Shown here piece by piece: positions 1-12,140 of a stretch of DNA of 64,000 bases; the stretch's first letter is position 1, and the number at the start of each line of letters is the position of its first letter. This stretch comes from an uncultured delta proteobacterium (GTDB lineage Bacteria; Desulfobacterota; Binatia; UBA9968): assembly GCA_963771465.1 (NCBI GenBank), contig CAVYTU010000013.1, positions 256,001-320,000 of the forward strand, read 5' to 3'. Under the pieces are notes generated by a model. The model had not been told where the DNA came from. It made no database searches and saw only the letters and a program-made list of their open reading frames with translations. The position numbers and the translations under genes are program-made.

Positions 1-292
1 GGCATAGATACGCCGCACCAGTCTCAAGTTTTTGATGTCTATCACAGGGTCGATTTAATGCCAAGATCAGAGTTAATTCGGTCGAGACGGCGCAGCGAGA
101 ACGGAGTCACAAGTGCTTGTAACAAAGGAAAGCCTCCTCAATAAAGTCGGCGCAAGTTGGCTGTTTCACGTGGCAGAACCGTTCAGCGAAACTGTTGACC
201 TGATGATGAAAGCGTATACAGTGCCCTCACGCAGCAGCAACGAAAATATCCGCGTGAGGATTGGGGCCGAGCTGCTCTCAAGGAGGATCAAC

Positions 293-670
293 ATGGCTAA
301 ACTTCGTCACCTTGCTATCAAAACGCATGACCCGGAAAAGCTGGCTGATTTTTACAAGACGGTTTTTGATATGAAGGAGGTCGTGCGGGGAACAAGAGGT
401 TCAATTCATCTCTCGGATGGGGTGATGAGCCTGGCGATTCAGAGCGCTTCGGAAAAGTCCAAAGAGCCTCAACATCCCGCTGGATTTTATCATATTGGCT
501 TTCAAGTGGATGACCTGGAGGACGTTGCACAGCGAATCCGGCAGATTCATCCTGAAGGCGCTCCCGCCGTCAGAGGCGCAAGGTGGGCGGAAACCCGCGG
601 CAAAGATCCTGATGGGAACCTATTTGATGTCTCGGTAGGTGGTTGGGAAACCGAGCCCAAGTCCAAATAA
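293..670 (+). CDS. VOC/glyoxalase family protein
   Basis: AGGAGG RBS before ATG at 293 (ORF-track start 113 is over-extended); LRHLAI...FYKTVF, GFYHIGFQVDD and DPDGNLFDV motifs. Confidence 0.85.
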   Translation: MAKLRHLAIKTHDPEKLADFYKTVFDMKEVVRGTRGSIHLSDGVMSLAIQSASEKSKEPQHPAGFYHIGFQVDDLEDVAQRIRQIHPEGAPAVRGARWAETRGKDPDGNLFDVSVGGWETEPKSK

Positions 671-903
671 TCGACTCACGATACCACGAGAAACCTATCC
701 GCAACTTCTCGCCGTGAGCTTCGCCACTGTCTTTGTCGGCGGAGCGGAGGCTTCGTGACGCTTCAAATGAGCCTCGTAATTCTTGCCGGCGGCGCTAGCA
801 AATAACACTCTCGGTAACATTCGACCAACGATTCGTTCACTGGCAGTGCGTTGCGAATCGATGTATCACTATTATTCCTGACATCGAGCCGCGACCTGTT
901 GCC

Positions 904-2181
904 GTGAATCTCTCCTTAAGTAATCGCATCTCCGGTCTCTACTACGGTTGGCGCGTAATCGGCGTCGTCTTTGCGCTGCGCGTGCTCGGCGGCGGTTTGC
1001 ACCAATACGGCTTCACGGTGTTCTTTCTGCCGGTAACTCTGGATCTCGGCCTGACTCGCGCTTCCACTTCACTGGCTTTTTCATTGGCTCGTGCCGAAGG
1101 TTCTCTCGCCTCGCCGGTCGTCGGTTATCTCCTCGATCGCTACGGCCCCAAGCCGATGATGCTGGCGGCCACGATTCTCGCCGGCGTCGGCTACATTCTT
1201 TTTGCGTTCGTAAATAGCTACGCGACGTTCTTGATCGTCTATCTCGGTGTCATTTCGCTCGGCTTTACCGCCGGCTTCGTTCATGCGCCGACGGTGGTCG
1301 CTAATAGTTGGTTTATTCGTCTGCGCGCCCGCGCCATGACCGTTGTCAGCGCCGCCGTTCCCGTCGGCGGCGCGCTCATCACGCCGCTGCTCGCCATCGC
1401 CGTGACGCAGCTCGGTTGGCGCAATGCGGCGATGATTGCCGGCACGATGTTTCTTATCGGCGGCATTCCACTAGCGCTTTTGATTCGCCGCTCGCCCGGA
1501 GAGTGTCGGCATGGCGCCCGACGGCGCGCCGCTGCATGCCAATGCACGTTCGCCGCCGGCGCTGACACCACCGCCGCGCAATTCAATGAGCCGGAAATCA
1601 CTGCGCGCCAAGCGTTGCGCACCTCGACTTTTTGGATTTTGATCATTGCCATGACTGCGCGCGGCGCGGCGTTTACCACGGTGACGACGCACTTTATTCC
1701 GATGATGGTGTGGAAGGGACTCAGTCAAGGCGAAGCCTCGGTCCTGCTGGCGGGCTTCGCAATCATGAACCTGCCGATCCATTTTCTTCTCGGCTGGATC
1801 GCCGACTTCGTCAACAAACCCAAGCTCGTTGCCATCTGCATTCTCGTCGGCGTGATCGCCGTGCTGCCGATGTTGTGGAGCGATGCGCTCTGGACGCTGT
1901 GGTTTTTCACGGCGCTTTACAGCGTGCTCGACGCGTCGATACCCGTCTATTGGGCGGCGGTAGGCGACTTCTTCGGACGCAAATCCTTCGGCGCCATCCG
2001 CGGTAATATGAATCTCTTCTACACCTGGGGCAGCATCCTCGGCCCGGTCATCGCCGGCGCCATCTACGATCGCACCGAAAGCTACGAGCTGGTATTCAAT
2101 GGTATGACGGTCGCGTTGCTCATCTCTGCGGCGCTGACGGCGCTGCTGATCAAACCCTGGGCCGAGCTGCGGCGCGGTTGA
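904..2181 (+). CDS. MFS transporter
   Basis: YYGW start, GYLLDRYGPK motif A, ~12 hydrophobic segments; ~1500-1550 looks locally out of frame (expected SPESVGMAPDG). Confidence 0.85.
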   Translation: MNLSLSNRISGLYYGWRVIGVVFALRVLGGGLHQYGFTVFFLPVTLDLGLTRASTSLAFSLARAEGSLASPVVGYLLDRYGPKPMMLAATILAGVGYILFAFVNSYATFLIVYLGVISLGFTAGFVHAPTVVANSWFIRLRARAMTVVSAAVPVGGALITPLLAIAVTQLGWRNAAMIAGTMFLIGGIPLALLIRRSPGECRHGARRRAAACQCTFAAGADTTAAQFNEPEITARQALRTSTFWILIIAMTARGAAFTTVTTHFIPMMVWKGLSQGEASVLLAGFAIMNLPIHFLLGWIADFVNKPKLVAICILVGVIAVLPMLWSDALWTLWFFTALYSVLDASIPVYWAAVGDFFGRKSFGAIRGNMNLFYTWGSILGPVIAGAIYDRTESYELVFNGMTVALLISAALTALLIKPWAELRRG

Positions 2182-2325
2182 TTCCAAAGTATTCATCATC
2201 GTTTTCTCCTTCGTCGAATCTTAACTTGTCGTCACACCGCAGCCTGAGTATCGTAGCAATCGTCACGCTTGCGGTGGGGAATCGAGCGGCGCAGATCAAA
2301 TCTAAGATCCAAAAGGGGACTGTAT

Positions 2326-3171
2326 ATGAAGACAATAATTGCGGTCTTGTCGGCCGTGCTGTTATTTCCGATCGGCGCGCAGGCCGCCGCGGCCACGTCG
2401 GTTTTGCAGCAGGTCGGCGAGTTTGCTATCCCGGAGGCGAACCAGGGTGTTGGCGTCGATGACAAATATTTTTACGCTGTCGACAATCAGAAGATCGCCA
2501 AGTACGATAAGAAGACCGGCAAACTCGCCGGCAAGTGGGAAGGACCCAAGGACGGACCGATCATCCATCTTGACAGCGCGGTGCTGCTCGACGGCAAGAT
2601 TTACTGCGCTCATTCCAATTACAACGAGTGGCCGATGACGAGCTCGGTGGAAATCTGGGATGCCAATACGATGCAGCATATCGGCAATCACAGTTTCGGC
2701 ATCAATTGGGGCTCGTTGACGTGGGTGGATTTTTATAATGGCCACTGGTGGGCGACGTTCGCCAACTATGACGTGCCCTTCGGCCCGAACAAGACACCCT
2801 ACGGATACAAGGCAGCGACGCAAATGGTAAAGTTTACCGCCGACTTCAAATATCTTGAGTCATGGGTGATGCCGAAAAGCATACTCGACAAGTTTGAAGC
2901 GATGAGCAACTCCGGCGGCTCGTGGGGTCCTGATGGTTTTTTGTATCTCACCGGACATGATCCCAATGAGCTTTATAAAATGCGTCTGCCCAAAGCCGGC
3001 TCGGTGCTCGAGCTGGTCGAAACCATTCCGATGAACATCCGCGGCCAAGGCATCGCTTGGGACCGCAGTGACCGCGGCGTCATTTACGGCATCATCCGCG
3101 CCAGCGGCAAAGAGCGTGCGGCCGGCGGCAGCCATAAGGTAACAGTATTTCGAATGCGCGATACGCCGTAG
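2326..3171 (+). CDS. Secreted protein, probable beta-propeller
   Basis: Signal peptide MKTIIAVL...AQA after AGGGG RBS; repeated blade-like motifs (QGVGVDDKYFY, GGSWGPDGFLYLTG, QGIAWD). Confidence 0.65.
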   Translation: MKTIIAVLSAVLLFPIGAQAAAATSVLQQVGEFAIPEANQGVGVDDKYFYAVDNQKIAKYDKKTGKLAGKWEGPKDGPIIHLDSAVLLDGKIYCAHSNYNEWPMTSSVEIWDANTMQHIGNHSFGINWGSLTWVDFYNGHWWATFANYDVPFGPNKTPYGYKAATQMVKFTADFKYLESWVMPKSILDKFEAMSNSGGSWGPDGFLYLTGHDPNELYKMRLPKAGSVLELVETIPMNIRGQGIAWDRSDRGVIYGIIRASGKERAAGGSHKVTVFRMRDTP

Positions 3172-3436
3172 TTTAAAAATGCCTGTTAATAAAATCCGAG
3201 ACCATCGCCAAAGTTTCTGACTCGAAAAGGTCGGCGCCATTTCTTTTCACACACGATGAAACGAGAGACATGCTAATGCGCGCGAGATTCGTTGCCGACT
3301 CACTCACGATAAAACTCGCCTTCGCCGAAACGGTTTTTCTCTGCGCTGCAATAAGATCCGCGAATTGATTGCATCTAGCGCCGACGATCAGTAAATTGAC
3401 CACGGCGGTCACTGTACGTTACGTAAAAGGACAGCA

Positions 3437-4462
3437 ATGAAGACAATTTTCACATTGATATTTTTCCTGCTTTCGCACACCGGCGCGTTTGCTCAGGACA
3501 ATTTTTACCAGGGTAAAACTCTAAGAGTTATAGTCGGTAGTGGTCCCGGCAATACTCAGGATCAGATGACGCGACTGATCGCGCGCTTTCTGCCGAAATA
3601 CCTGCCGGGTCATCCTAATACCATCGTCGAGAATCGCGGCGGCGCCAGCTCGGTCATCCTGGGCAACTATCTGTACGGCATTGCCAAGGGCGATGGTTTA
3701 ACTGTTGGCGTGGTTTCTCGCGCGCTTTACTTCGACCAGTTGGTCGGACGCAAGGAAGCACAGTTCGATTTCAAGAAATTCACCTGGATCGGCAGTCCAG
3801 TGGAAGGCAACGAAGTGCTTATTGTCGGCGGCAGCACGCCCTATAAGGCGATGCGCGATGTGGTCGCGACCAGCGACTCGGTTAAGTGCGGCGCGTCGGG
3901 CACGACTTCGACGGGTTTTTATATTCCCAAGTTGATGAATGAACTTTTCGGCGCCAAGTTCCAAATCGTCACTGGCTATAGTAGCGGCGCGGAAATGGAT
4001 CTGGCGGTGCAGCGCGGTGAGACGCAATGCCGTGCCACCAGTGTGGCCGGTTACACCGGCTTCGGCGCATTCAAAGACTGGCGCCAGACCGGATCGGCCC
4101 GCGTGTTGGTGCAGACCGGCCGCAAGCGCGACGCCAAGCTGCCCGACGTGCCGACCGTCTATCAGCTGATGGACGAATTCAAAACCCCAGAGGCGGGCCG
4201 GCGTCTCGCGACGGTGCTCTTGAGCCCGGGAGAGTTTGGTTGGCCGATGGTGGCGCCGCCCGGTGTGCCGGCGGATCGCGCTAAAGCGCTGCGTGCCGCG
4301 TTCAACAAAGCGATGGCCGATCCGGAGTTTGTCGCCGAAGCGAAGAAACGCCAGCTCGACCTCGATCCATCCACCGGCGAAGCCTTGGAAACGCTGGCTA
4401 AGGAAGTGATGGCGCAGCCGGCGGCGGTGATCGAGCGCATGAAGAAGGTGCTGGAAAACTGA
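3437..4462 (+). CDS. Bug/TctC tripartite tricarboxylate transporter substrate-binding protein
   Basis: Signal peptide, FYQGKTLRVIVG, VENRGGA, LPDVPT, APPGVPADR motifs. Confidence 0.9.
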   Translation: MKTIFTLIFFLLSHTGAFAQDNFYQGKTLRVIVGSGPGNTQDQMTRLIARFLPKYLPGHPNTIVENRGGASSVILGNYLYGIAKGDGLTVGVVSRALYFDQLVGRKEAQFDFKKFTWIGSPVEGNEVLIVGGSTPYKAMRDVVATSDSVKCGASGTTSTGFYIPKLMNELFGAKFQIVTGYSSGAEMDLAVQRGETQCRATSVAGYTGFGAFKDWRQTGSARVLVQTGRKRDAKLPDVPTVYQLMDEFKTPEAGRRLATVLLSPGEFGWPMVAPPGVPADRAKALRAAFNKAMADPEFVAEAKKRQLDLDPSTGEALETLAKEVMAQPAAVIERMKKVLEN

Positions 4463-4473
4463 GGTGGGACAAG

Positions 4474-4501
4474 CGTGACCGTGCTCGTGACTCGCGTTCG
4501 T
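4474..4501. repeat. (C/T)CGTG-type short intergenic repeat
   Basis: CGTGACCGTGCTCGTGACTCGCGTTCGT; same unit at 8662 and 10944. Confidence 0.5.
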
Positions 4502-4548
4502 CTGTTCCAAACATCATTGTGGTTCCGCCAATCCCCCTGGAGGTATAA

Positions 4549-5610
4549 ATGAAACTTCGGATCGGTAACGCCTGCTGGCACGCTTTTCATGTCCAGCACG
4601 CCGCGTTGGCGCTGGAAGCCGGCTTCTTCGCCCAAGAAGGCATCGACGCTGAGATCGTTCACGCCAAGATCAACCCCAAAGCGATCTCATCGAGCCGTCC
4701 CGGCGGCGAGCGCTACGATGAGGTCGGTAACGTCGTGCGCGATATGGTCGCCTACGGCATCGACATCATCCCCGATGTGCACGTGCGCACGCCGTTCGCC
4801 GAGCGCGTGCTCGGCAACGACGAAGTGCGCATCATCGGCGGTTGGCGCAGTCAGTTTCGCGGATCGCTAGTGGCCGCGCCGGGAATCAAATCGATCGCTG
4901 AGTTGAAAAATAAGCGCATCGGCGACTGGTACAAAGGCGGCGTCGCGACAATGTGGTACGAACAACAGTTTCGCAACGTCGGCATCGATCCCGACCGCGA
5001 GATCGACTGGAAGATCGGCTACAAGTACGGCTCGCTGCGCGAAGCTTCAAAGCCTTTGCTCGCCGGTGAAACCGACGCTGCGATTGTGCAAAATCCCTTC
5101 GTGCCGCAGCTGTTGGAACGCGGCTTCAACAGGCTTTACGATTTCGTCGAGGACAACAAACCCCATGGCCGCCCGGATCGAGTGACGGTGGCGCGAAAGT
5201 CTTTCATCGAGCGCAATCCCGAGTTGATCAAACGCTATTGGAAAGCTTCGATCCGCGCTTATCAATTTATGCGCATCAAAGAAAATTTTCCGTTTTTCCG
5301 TTTTGTCGAAGCGAAACTTCGGGTCAACAATCCCGACGAGGCCGAACGTACCCGCGATCTGTTTCCAATGATGCTAATGGACGATCATTTTTTTCCGCTC
5401 GACGGCCAGGTGAGCAGCCAGGGGATCATGCGCATTCTCGAGGAACATAAATCCGGCGGCGCGTTGCCGCCCACTGTCGGCCAAGCCGACGTCGATGAGG
5501 TGCTGCGCAAAGAGTTAGTCGAAGAGGCCTGGCTCGAAGTGTCACAGACCGACGAGGTCAAGCGTAACCTCGAAATTCTGCAACCGGTGATCGAGCGGGT
5601 GGGATATTAG
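4549..5610 (+). CDS. NitT/TauT-type ABC substrate-binding-like protein (no signal peptide)
   Basis: ALEAGFFAQEGIDAE, IKSIAELKNKRIG, FIERNPE motifs; GGAGG RBS. Confidence 0.75.
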   Translation: MKLRIGNACWHAFHVQHAALALEAGFFAQEGIDAEIVHAKINPKAISSSRPGGERYDEVGNVVRDMVAYGIDIIPDVHVRTPFAERVLGNDEVRIIGGWRSQFRGSLVAAPGIKSIAELKNKRIGDWYKGGVATMWYEQQFRNVGIDPDREIDWKIGYKYGSLREASKPLLAGETDAAIVQNPFVPQLLERGFNRLYDFVEDNKPHGRPDRVTVARKSFIERNPELIKRYWKASIRAYQFMRIKENFPFFRFVEAKLRVNNPDEAERTRDLFPMMLMDDHFFPLDGQVSSQGIMRILEEHKSGGALPPTVGQADVDEVLRKELVEEAWLEVSQTDEVKRNLEILQPVIERVGY

Positions 5611-5820
5611 CGCGCGCTCTGTTCCACGCGGCATTAACCTGACGACATTAAGCGAAATGCATCGGCAAGCGCCAACCGGAACCCCGCCGGCCGGTGGCGA
5701 GAAAATAGCCGTAAAGCTGATCAAAAAAATATTCAACAAAGCAAATTGGCAAGATCGATCAACTTGCGTGTGACGAAACTCGATTTACGCGCATCCGAAG
5801 TTGGTGCGAGTCTCTACTCG

Positions 5821-6998
<1,178 letters not shown>

Positions 6999-7144
6999 TT
7001 TTCTGATTCACCTCCGACGGACAACCTTATAGCAAAAGCCACCGGGATTCACATCTCACGACCGCTCCTTACTTCGCAACCAATTAACATCTGGACAATT
7101 CCGCGTCATTAAAATATCTAAGGCGATAGTAAGGAGACACGCCC

Positions 7145-8638
7145 ATGGCTCAAACCCATTTCAATGTCGTTGAAGCGACCATCGACGACATCCACGCCGC
7201 TTTTAAATCCGGGCAGCTCACCTGCCGTCAGTTAATTCAAATGTATCTCGACCGCATCGACGCCTTCGATAAAAAAGGTCCCAACATCAATGCGCTGATC
7301 ACAGTCAACGCCGACGCGCTCAAAGAAGCGGACCGGCTCGACGCGGCATACCGATCGTCCGGCGCCGTCGGACCGCTGCACGGCATCCCGGTGATCGTCA
7401 AAGATCAAGCCGATGTCGCAGGCATGCCGACGACGCTCGGTTCCTTGCTGTTCAAAGATTATTTTCCCGATCGCGATTCATTCGTCGCCGAGAAGTTGCG
7501 CAAAGCCGGCGCGGTGATTTTAGGCAAGGCGACGCTCGGTGAGCTTGGCGGCGGCGACACGCACGGTTCGCTGTTCGGTTCGACACGCAACCCCTACGAT
7601 ATCGAGCGCACCGTCGGCGGTTCTTCCGGCGGCTCGGCTGCGTCCGTCGCGGCGAATTTCTCCACCGTCGCCGTCGGTCAGGAAGGTTTGGCATCGATCC
7701 GCCGGCCGTCCACTTGGAACTGCATCGCCGGCATGCGTCCGTCCGCCGGCTTGGTCAGCCGCGGCGGCGTCTACGGTTGCTGGCCGGAAATCTTCGGCTC
7801 CCTCGGCCCGATGGCGCGCTCGGTGAAAGATTTATCGACTTTGCTCGACGTCATGGTGGGATACGATCCCGAAGACCCGATCACGGCTCGCGGTGTCGGC
7901 CACGTTCCGGACACGTTTACGAAATTTTTAAACAAAGACGGACTTAAGGGCGCGCGCCTCGGCATCCTGCGCGAATCCATCGGTCTCAATGCCGAACCGG
8001 ACTCGGAAGACTTTAAGAAAATTGCCGAAGTTTTCGACAAAGCCGTCGGCGAACTCAAAGCCGCAGGCGCAGAGATCGTCGATCCGGTGGTGATTCCAAA
8101 TATCAAAGAGCTGCTCGCCAAACGCGCCGGCGCTCCGGGCGACACCGATGCGTCGTTCAAGAATTATTACGGCCGCAGCACCAAAGCGCCGTTCAAGACG
8201 CCAGCGGAAGCCATCGCCCATCCCGACTTCACTAAAGTCGTCAAACGCTCGCAGGATCGCTTCAAGAGAATTCCCGACCCGGCCAAGCATTACGAAAGTC
8301 TCCGAGCCCAAGACCAACTGATGACAAAGTTTTTGCAAGCGATGGCCGATCACAAACTCGACGCCATCGTGCACAAGACAGTCGAGCACCAACCGACCTT
8401 GATCAAGGACGGCATCGCGCCGCCTTTCGTCGATCAAAAAGGCGCGCCGCATTTAAATACTTTCTTAGTCTACGTGCCGACGATTACCGTGCCGGCGGGA
8501 TTCACGCGCGACAACTTGCCGTCCGGCCTGTGCTTCATCGGCCGTCCTTACGACGACGGCAATCTGATCAAATTCGCCTACGCCTACGAGCAAGCGACGC
8601 ATCACAGAAAACCGCCGGCGAGCACGACGGGACTTTAG
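7145..8638 (+). CDS. Amidase signature family protein
   Basis: GPLHGIPVIVKD, GGSSGGSAA, SIRRPS catalytic motifs. Confidence 0.93.
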   Translation: MAQTHFNVVEATIDDIHAAFKSGQLTCRQLIQMYLDRIDAFDKKGPNINALITVNADALKEADRLDAAYRSSGAVGPLHGIPVIVKDQADVAGMPTTLGSLLFKDYFPDRDSFVAEKLRKAGAVILGKATLGELGGGDTHGSLFGSTRNPYDIERTVGGSSGGSAASVAANFSTVAVGQEGLASIRRPSTWNCIAGMRPSAGLVSRGGVYGCWPEIFGSLGPMARSVKDLSTLLDVMVGYDPEDPITARGVGHVPDTFTKFLNKDGLKGARLGILRESIGLNAEPDSEDFKKIAEVFDKAVGELKAAGAEIVDPVVIPNIKELLAKRAGAPGDTDASFKNYYGRSTKAPFKTPAEAIAHPDFTKVVKRSQDRFKRIPDPAKHYESLRAQDQLMTKFLQAMADHKLDAIVHKTVEHQPTLIKDGIAPPFVDQKGAPHLNTFLVYVPTITVPAGFTRDNLPSGLCFIGRPYDDGNLIKFAYAYEQATHHRKPPASTTGL

Positions 8639-8661
8639 TGAAAGTAGACTAGGCGGGAGAT

Positions 8662-8725
8662 TCGTGACTGGTGCTCGTGGTTCGTGTTCGTCCCGATACG
8701 AGCACGATCACGAGGCACGAGCACG
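8662..8725. repeat. Palindromic CTCGTG/CACGAG repeat between convergent genes (REP-like)
   Basis: TCGTG units on the left arm, CACGAG units on the right arm. Confidence 0.6.
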
Positions 8726-8731
8726 TTTTTC

Positions 8732-9805
8732 CTACAGCGCGAACAGCGCTTTCGGATTATCGTAAGTGATCTTGCCGTACTGAGCTTCGCTGATGGTGCC
8801 AAGTTTTTTTAAATTACGCAGTGCTTCCACTTCGGTGGACTGATCGTTGTGGCCGTAGTCGGTGCCGATGGTGATATTTTCTTCGCCGGCGTAGCGCAGC
8901 ACGTAGTCGACATCGTCGTCGGTCTGGCAGGAAACGTATTGACGGTAAGCTTTGAGGGGATTCTCCGGCAGATCTCTTTTCTGAGTCGCCCAGCGGCGCT
9001 GTAAATCTTTCACCACATAGGGCACCCATTGGGCCGCAGCTTCGGCCCAGTGAAAGCGCAGTTGCGGAAACAGTCGCGGCACCTCGCTCATGATCACCGA
9101 ATGAAACGCGCCGATCACCGGCAAGCGAAACTTCCAGAAACTGCCGCCGCCGTTATACTGCGACACCAGGTCGAGGTTTTGCGGACTGCCGTTGCCGACA
9201 TGCACGCCGACGGCCACGTTAAGTAAGCTCATCGCTTCGTAGAGCGGATAAAAATAAGGGTCGGTGATCATGCGCTGTCCTTCGATGCCGCGCATGAACA
9301 CGCCGCAGGCGCCATGCTGCTGGCAGAATTTAAGCTCTTCGAGCGCCGCGCTCATGTCGAGCAAGGGCAGCACACATATCCAGCGCAGCCGTCCTTGGCC
9401 TTGGCGGTGAATGTCGGCGAGCCAGCGATTGTAACCCTGGCAGATGGCGACTTCCCAAGCCGGCTTGTCGCTGATCTGTTCGATGAACATGGTGGGGTAG
9501 AGCACTTGCACGTCGATGCCAAGCTCATCCATGTGGCTGAGCCGCGCCGCGACGTTTTCCATCTCGCGGGTTTCACGCGGCGTGTTCATCACCCGGCCGG
9601 TTCGATGGGCGACTTCGTCCATATCCTTCGCGGTCATCACGGCGCGCACCAAGCCGCGAATCTTGCCGTCGATAAACCAATACTCGGCGCTGCCGGCGCC
9701 GCGCGGCTTGACGATCACCGGGCGATACTTTTGATCCGACGATGCCATGAAATCCCAAGTATGCTCCGACTCGACCACATGAGCATCGGAATCAATGGTT
9801 GGCAT
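8732..9805 (-). CDS. Amidohydrolase_2 family protein
   Basis: IDSDAHVVE, MDELGIDVQVLYPT, YNRWLAD, GTDYGH. Confidence 0.9.
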   Translation of the reverse strand: MPTIDSDAHVVESEHTWDFMASSDQKYRPVIVKPRGAGSAEYWFIDGKIRGLVRAVMTAKDMDEVAHRTGRVMNTPRETREMENVAARLSHMDELGIDVQVLYPTMFIEQISDKPAWEVAICQGYNRWLADIHRQGQGRLRWICVLPLLDMSAALEELKFCQQHGACGVFMRGIEGQRMITDPYFYPLYEAMSLLNVAVGVHVGNGSPQNLDLVSQYNGGGSFWKFRLPVIGAFHSVIMSEVPRLFPQLRFHWAEAAAQWVPYVVKDLQRRWATQKRDLPENPLKAYRQYVSCQTDDDVDYVLRYAGEENITIGTDYGHNDQSTEVEALRNLKKLGTISEAQYGKITYDNPKALFAL

Positions 9806-9854
9806 ATGGACCTCTTTTTGCGCCGTTTGCGTTCGTTGCGGCGTAATAATTTTC

Positions 9855-10898
9855 TCACGCGCCCAACGCAGGTATGACTTTGTTGCCGAACAGTTCGAGG
9901 GAGTGCATCACCTGCTCGTGCTTCAAGCCGCCAAATTGAAACATGCCGACCAAGCTGTCCGGTTGGGCCGTCTCGATCATCGCGCGCGCCTTGGTAATCA
10001 CTGTTTCGGGACTGCCGATCAACGACGTGCCCCATTCGTCCAATCGCGCAACCGTGAGGCCGCCGGGATAATAAACGTAACGCTCGGTAAACCTAATCAA
10101 GTCGTCGCCCGATAGCGAATCGCCACGCCAAAAGTTTTCCGTCGCCAATTGCCAAAAGCGCATGAGCTCCGGCACCGCTTCCCGCCGCGCTTGCTCGTCT
10201 GTGTCGGCGACGTAAATATCGCGCACCATGATCGTGTCGCCCTTGCCGCTTAGGTCGGCGTGCTTCGCGCGCTCGGCGCGATAGGTTGAAATCGCCTTCG
10301 TGCAATTGGCTAGCGGCTGGCGCGACAACGCGAGATTCCAACCGTTGCGCGCCACCATCGCCGGGCTGTCCGGCGAGGTCGCGCCGTAATAGATCGGCGG
10401 ATGGGGTTTTTGCAACGGCTGTGGCCGGCAGGAGATCTCTTCATAGCCCCAAGCCTTGCCGGAGTAACTGAACGTCTCACCGCTCCACGCACGCGTGAGA
10501 ATTTCGATGCCTTCTTCGAAGCGCGCCTGGGCGGTGTCGCGGTCGAGCCGGTGCTTCATGTCGTCTTTGGGCACGCCGCGGCCCAAGCCGATATTGAGCC
10601 GCCCGCCGGTGAGTATATCCAACATGGCGCACTCTTCGGCGAGACGCATCGGGTCATGAAGCGGCAGAGCATTGACCAGATTGCCGAAGCGCAGCCGCTC
10701 GGTGCGGCTCGCCAAGGCGGCGATGATCAAATTTGGCGACGCCAACAGGCCGTAGTCGGAATGATGATGCTCAGCGAACCAAGCTTCGTTAAAGCCCAGG
10801 CGCTCGGTAAACTCGATCTGCGCAAGTAACTCCTCGAATGCTTGCCGCTCAGCAACCTTCGGTCGCGCTTGGTTGTAACTAAAAGTGCCGAATCGCAT
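9855..10898 (-). CDS. LLM-class flavin-dependent oxidoreductase
   Basis: WFAEHH, HDPMRLAEE, GRLNIGLGRG, PQPLQKPHPPI. Confidence 0.92.
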   Translation of the reverse strand: MRFGTFSYNQARPKVAERQAFEELLAQIEFTERLGFNEAWFAEHHHSDYGLLASPNLIIAALASRTERLRFGNLVNALPLHDPMRLAEECAMLDILTGGRLNIGLGRGVPKDDMKHRLDRDTAQARFEEGIEILTRAWSGETFSYSGKAWGYEEISCRPQPLQKPHPPIYYGATSPDSPAMVARNGWNLALSRQPLANCTKAISTYRAERAKHADLSGKGDTIMVRDIYVADTDEQARREAVPELMRFWQLATENFWRGDSLSGDDLIRFTERYVYYPGGLTVARLDEWGTSLIGSPETVITKARAMIETAQPDSLVGMFQFGGLKHEQVMHSLELFGNKVIPALGA

Positions 10899-10977
10899 GC
10901 GCCAATCCCCCTATTTCATTCAGCCCCGATTCCACTGATCGATCGCGAGCACGAACACGAGGAACGATCCCGACTTT

Positions 10978-12048
10978 TCACAACGGCGGCGCTTTGACGA
11001 TGGTCGTCCCATCGATACTTGGAATCGTCGGCCGGCCGCACTTGGCCATGGTAATTTCCATTTCTTCGCGCAGTATGTCCAATACCCGAATCACGCCTTT
11101 CTCACCGTCCACTGCCAAGCCCCAAAACAACGGCCGGCCAATGAAAACGGCTTTTGCGCCTAGAGCGATGGCTTTCACCACGTCGGCGCCGCGGCGAATG
11201 CCGCCGTCGAGATAAATTTCCAGCTTGCCCTTGGCCGCGGCGACCGCTTCGGACAGCACTTCAACGGTCGCCAGGGTGTTATCCAAGTGGCGTCCGCCAT
11301 GATTAGAAACAATCACGCCGGCGGCGCCGACTTCGGCGCAAAGTTCCACGTCTTCGCCGGTCATGATCCCTTTGGCGACCACCGGCAGATCGGCGGCAGC
11401 TCTGATCCATTCCAAATCTTTCCAGGTCGCCGCCGGATCGGAGCCCGCGCCGCGGCCGGCGGGCCGCGGCGCATCGGCATGCTCACTGCTTCCGGCGTAA
11501 TTGACGCCTCGCGTGCGGCGATATTGGTTACGAATATTGCGCTCGCGTTTGGGCGGCCACTGGGAATCCAAGGTGACGACGACGGCCTTGTAGCCGTTCG
11601 CCTTGGCGCGTTTGAGCCAGTCTTTAGTCAGTTCTTTGTCGCGGAAAGGATACATCTGTACCCACAGATTACCTGGCGCTGCATTGGCCAGCGCTTCAAA
11701 TGACGTGTTGGAGTTCGCGCTCACCGCGAGGATCGTGCCGCAGGCCGTGGCGGCGCGGTAGGTCGCGAGCTCGCCTTCCGGATGCGCCCGTTTATGGCCG
11801 CCGCAGGGCGCGATCAGCACGGGTAATTTCACTCTGACACCGAGCACTTCGGTGGATAGATCGAGGGCGCTCACGTCGCGCAACACGCGCGGCCGAAATG
11901 CCCACGAGGCATAGGCGCGGCGGTTACGGTCGACGCTGATCTCATCGGTGGCACCGCCGGCGATGTAATCGTATTCCGCTTTAGGCAAACGCTCCTTGGC
12001 GATTGCCTCGAAATCGAAAAGATTGATTGGTTCGGTAAAAATACTCAT
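10978..12048 (-). CDS. FMN-dependent alpha-hydroxy acid oxidase/dehydrogenase
   Basis: FRPRVLRDVS, VSNHGGRHLD, DGGIRRGADVVKAIALGA. Confidence 0.93.
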   Translation of the reverse strand: MSIFTEPINLFDFEAIAKERLPKAEYDYIAGGATDEISVDRNRRAYASWAFRPRVLRDVSALDLSTEVLGVRVKLPVLIAPCGGHKRAHPEGELATYRAATACGTILAVSANSNTSFEALANAAPGNLWVQMYPFRDKELTKDWLKRAKANGYKAVVVTLDSQWPPKRERNIRNQYRRTRGVNYAGSSEHADAPRPAGRGAGSDPAATWKDLEWIRAAADLPVVAKGIMTGEDVELCAEVGAAGVIVSNHGGRHLDNTLATVEVLSEAVAAAKGKLEIYLDGGIRRGADVVKAIALGAKAVFIGRPLFWGLAVDGEKGVIRVLDILREEMEITMAKCGRPTIPSIDGTTIVKAPPL

Positions 12049-12140
12049 TCACCCTCCAGGTTCGACATCACGCGATGTTGCTATCGCGTGCCGAGCTATT
12101 CCATATCGCGTCTCGAGCCATCGGTCCAGAGAACCGTTGG

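Noticed and set aside
3173-3412. 79-aa minus-strand ORF in an intergenic gap
   Set aside because: No recognisable motif or RBS; overlaps the likely promoter region of the Bug gene.
8662-8725. CRISPR array
   Set aside because: Short degenerate 5-7 nt units with no repeat-spacer periodicity and no cas genes.
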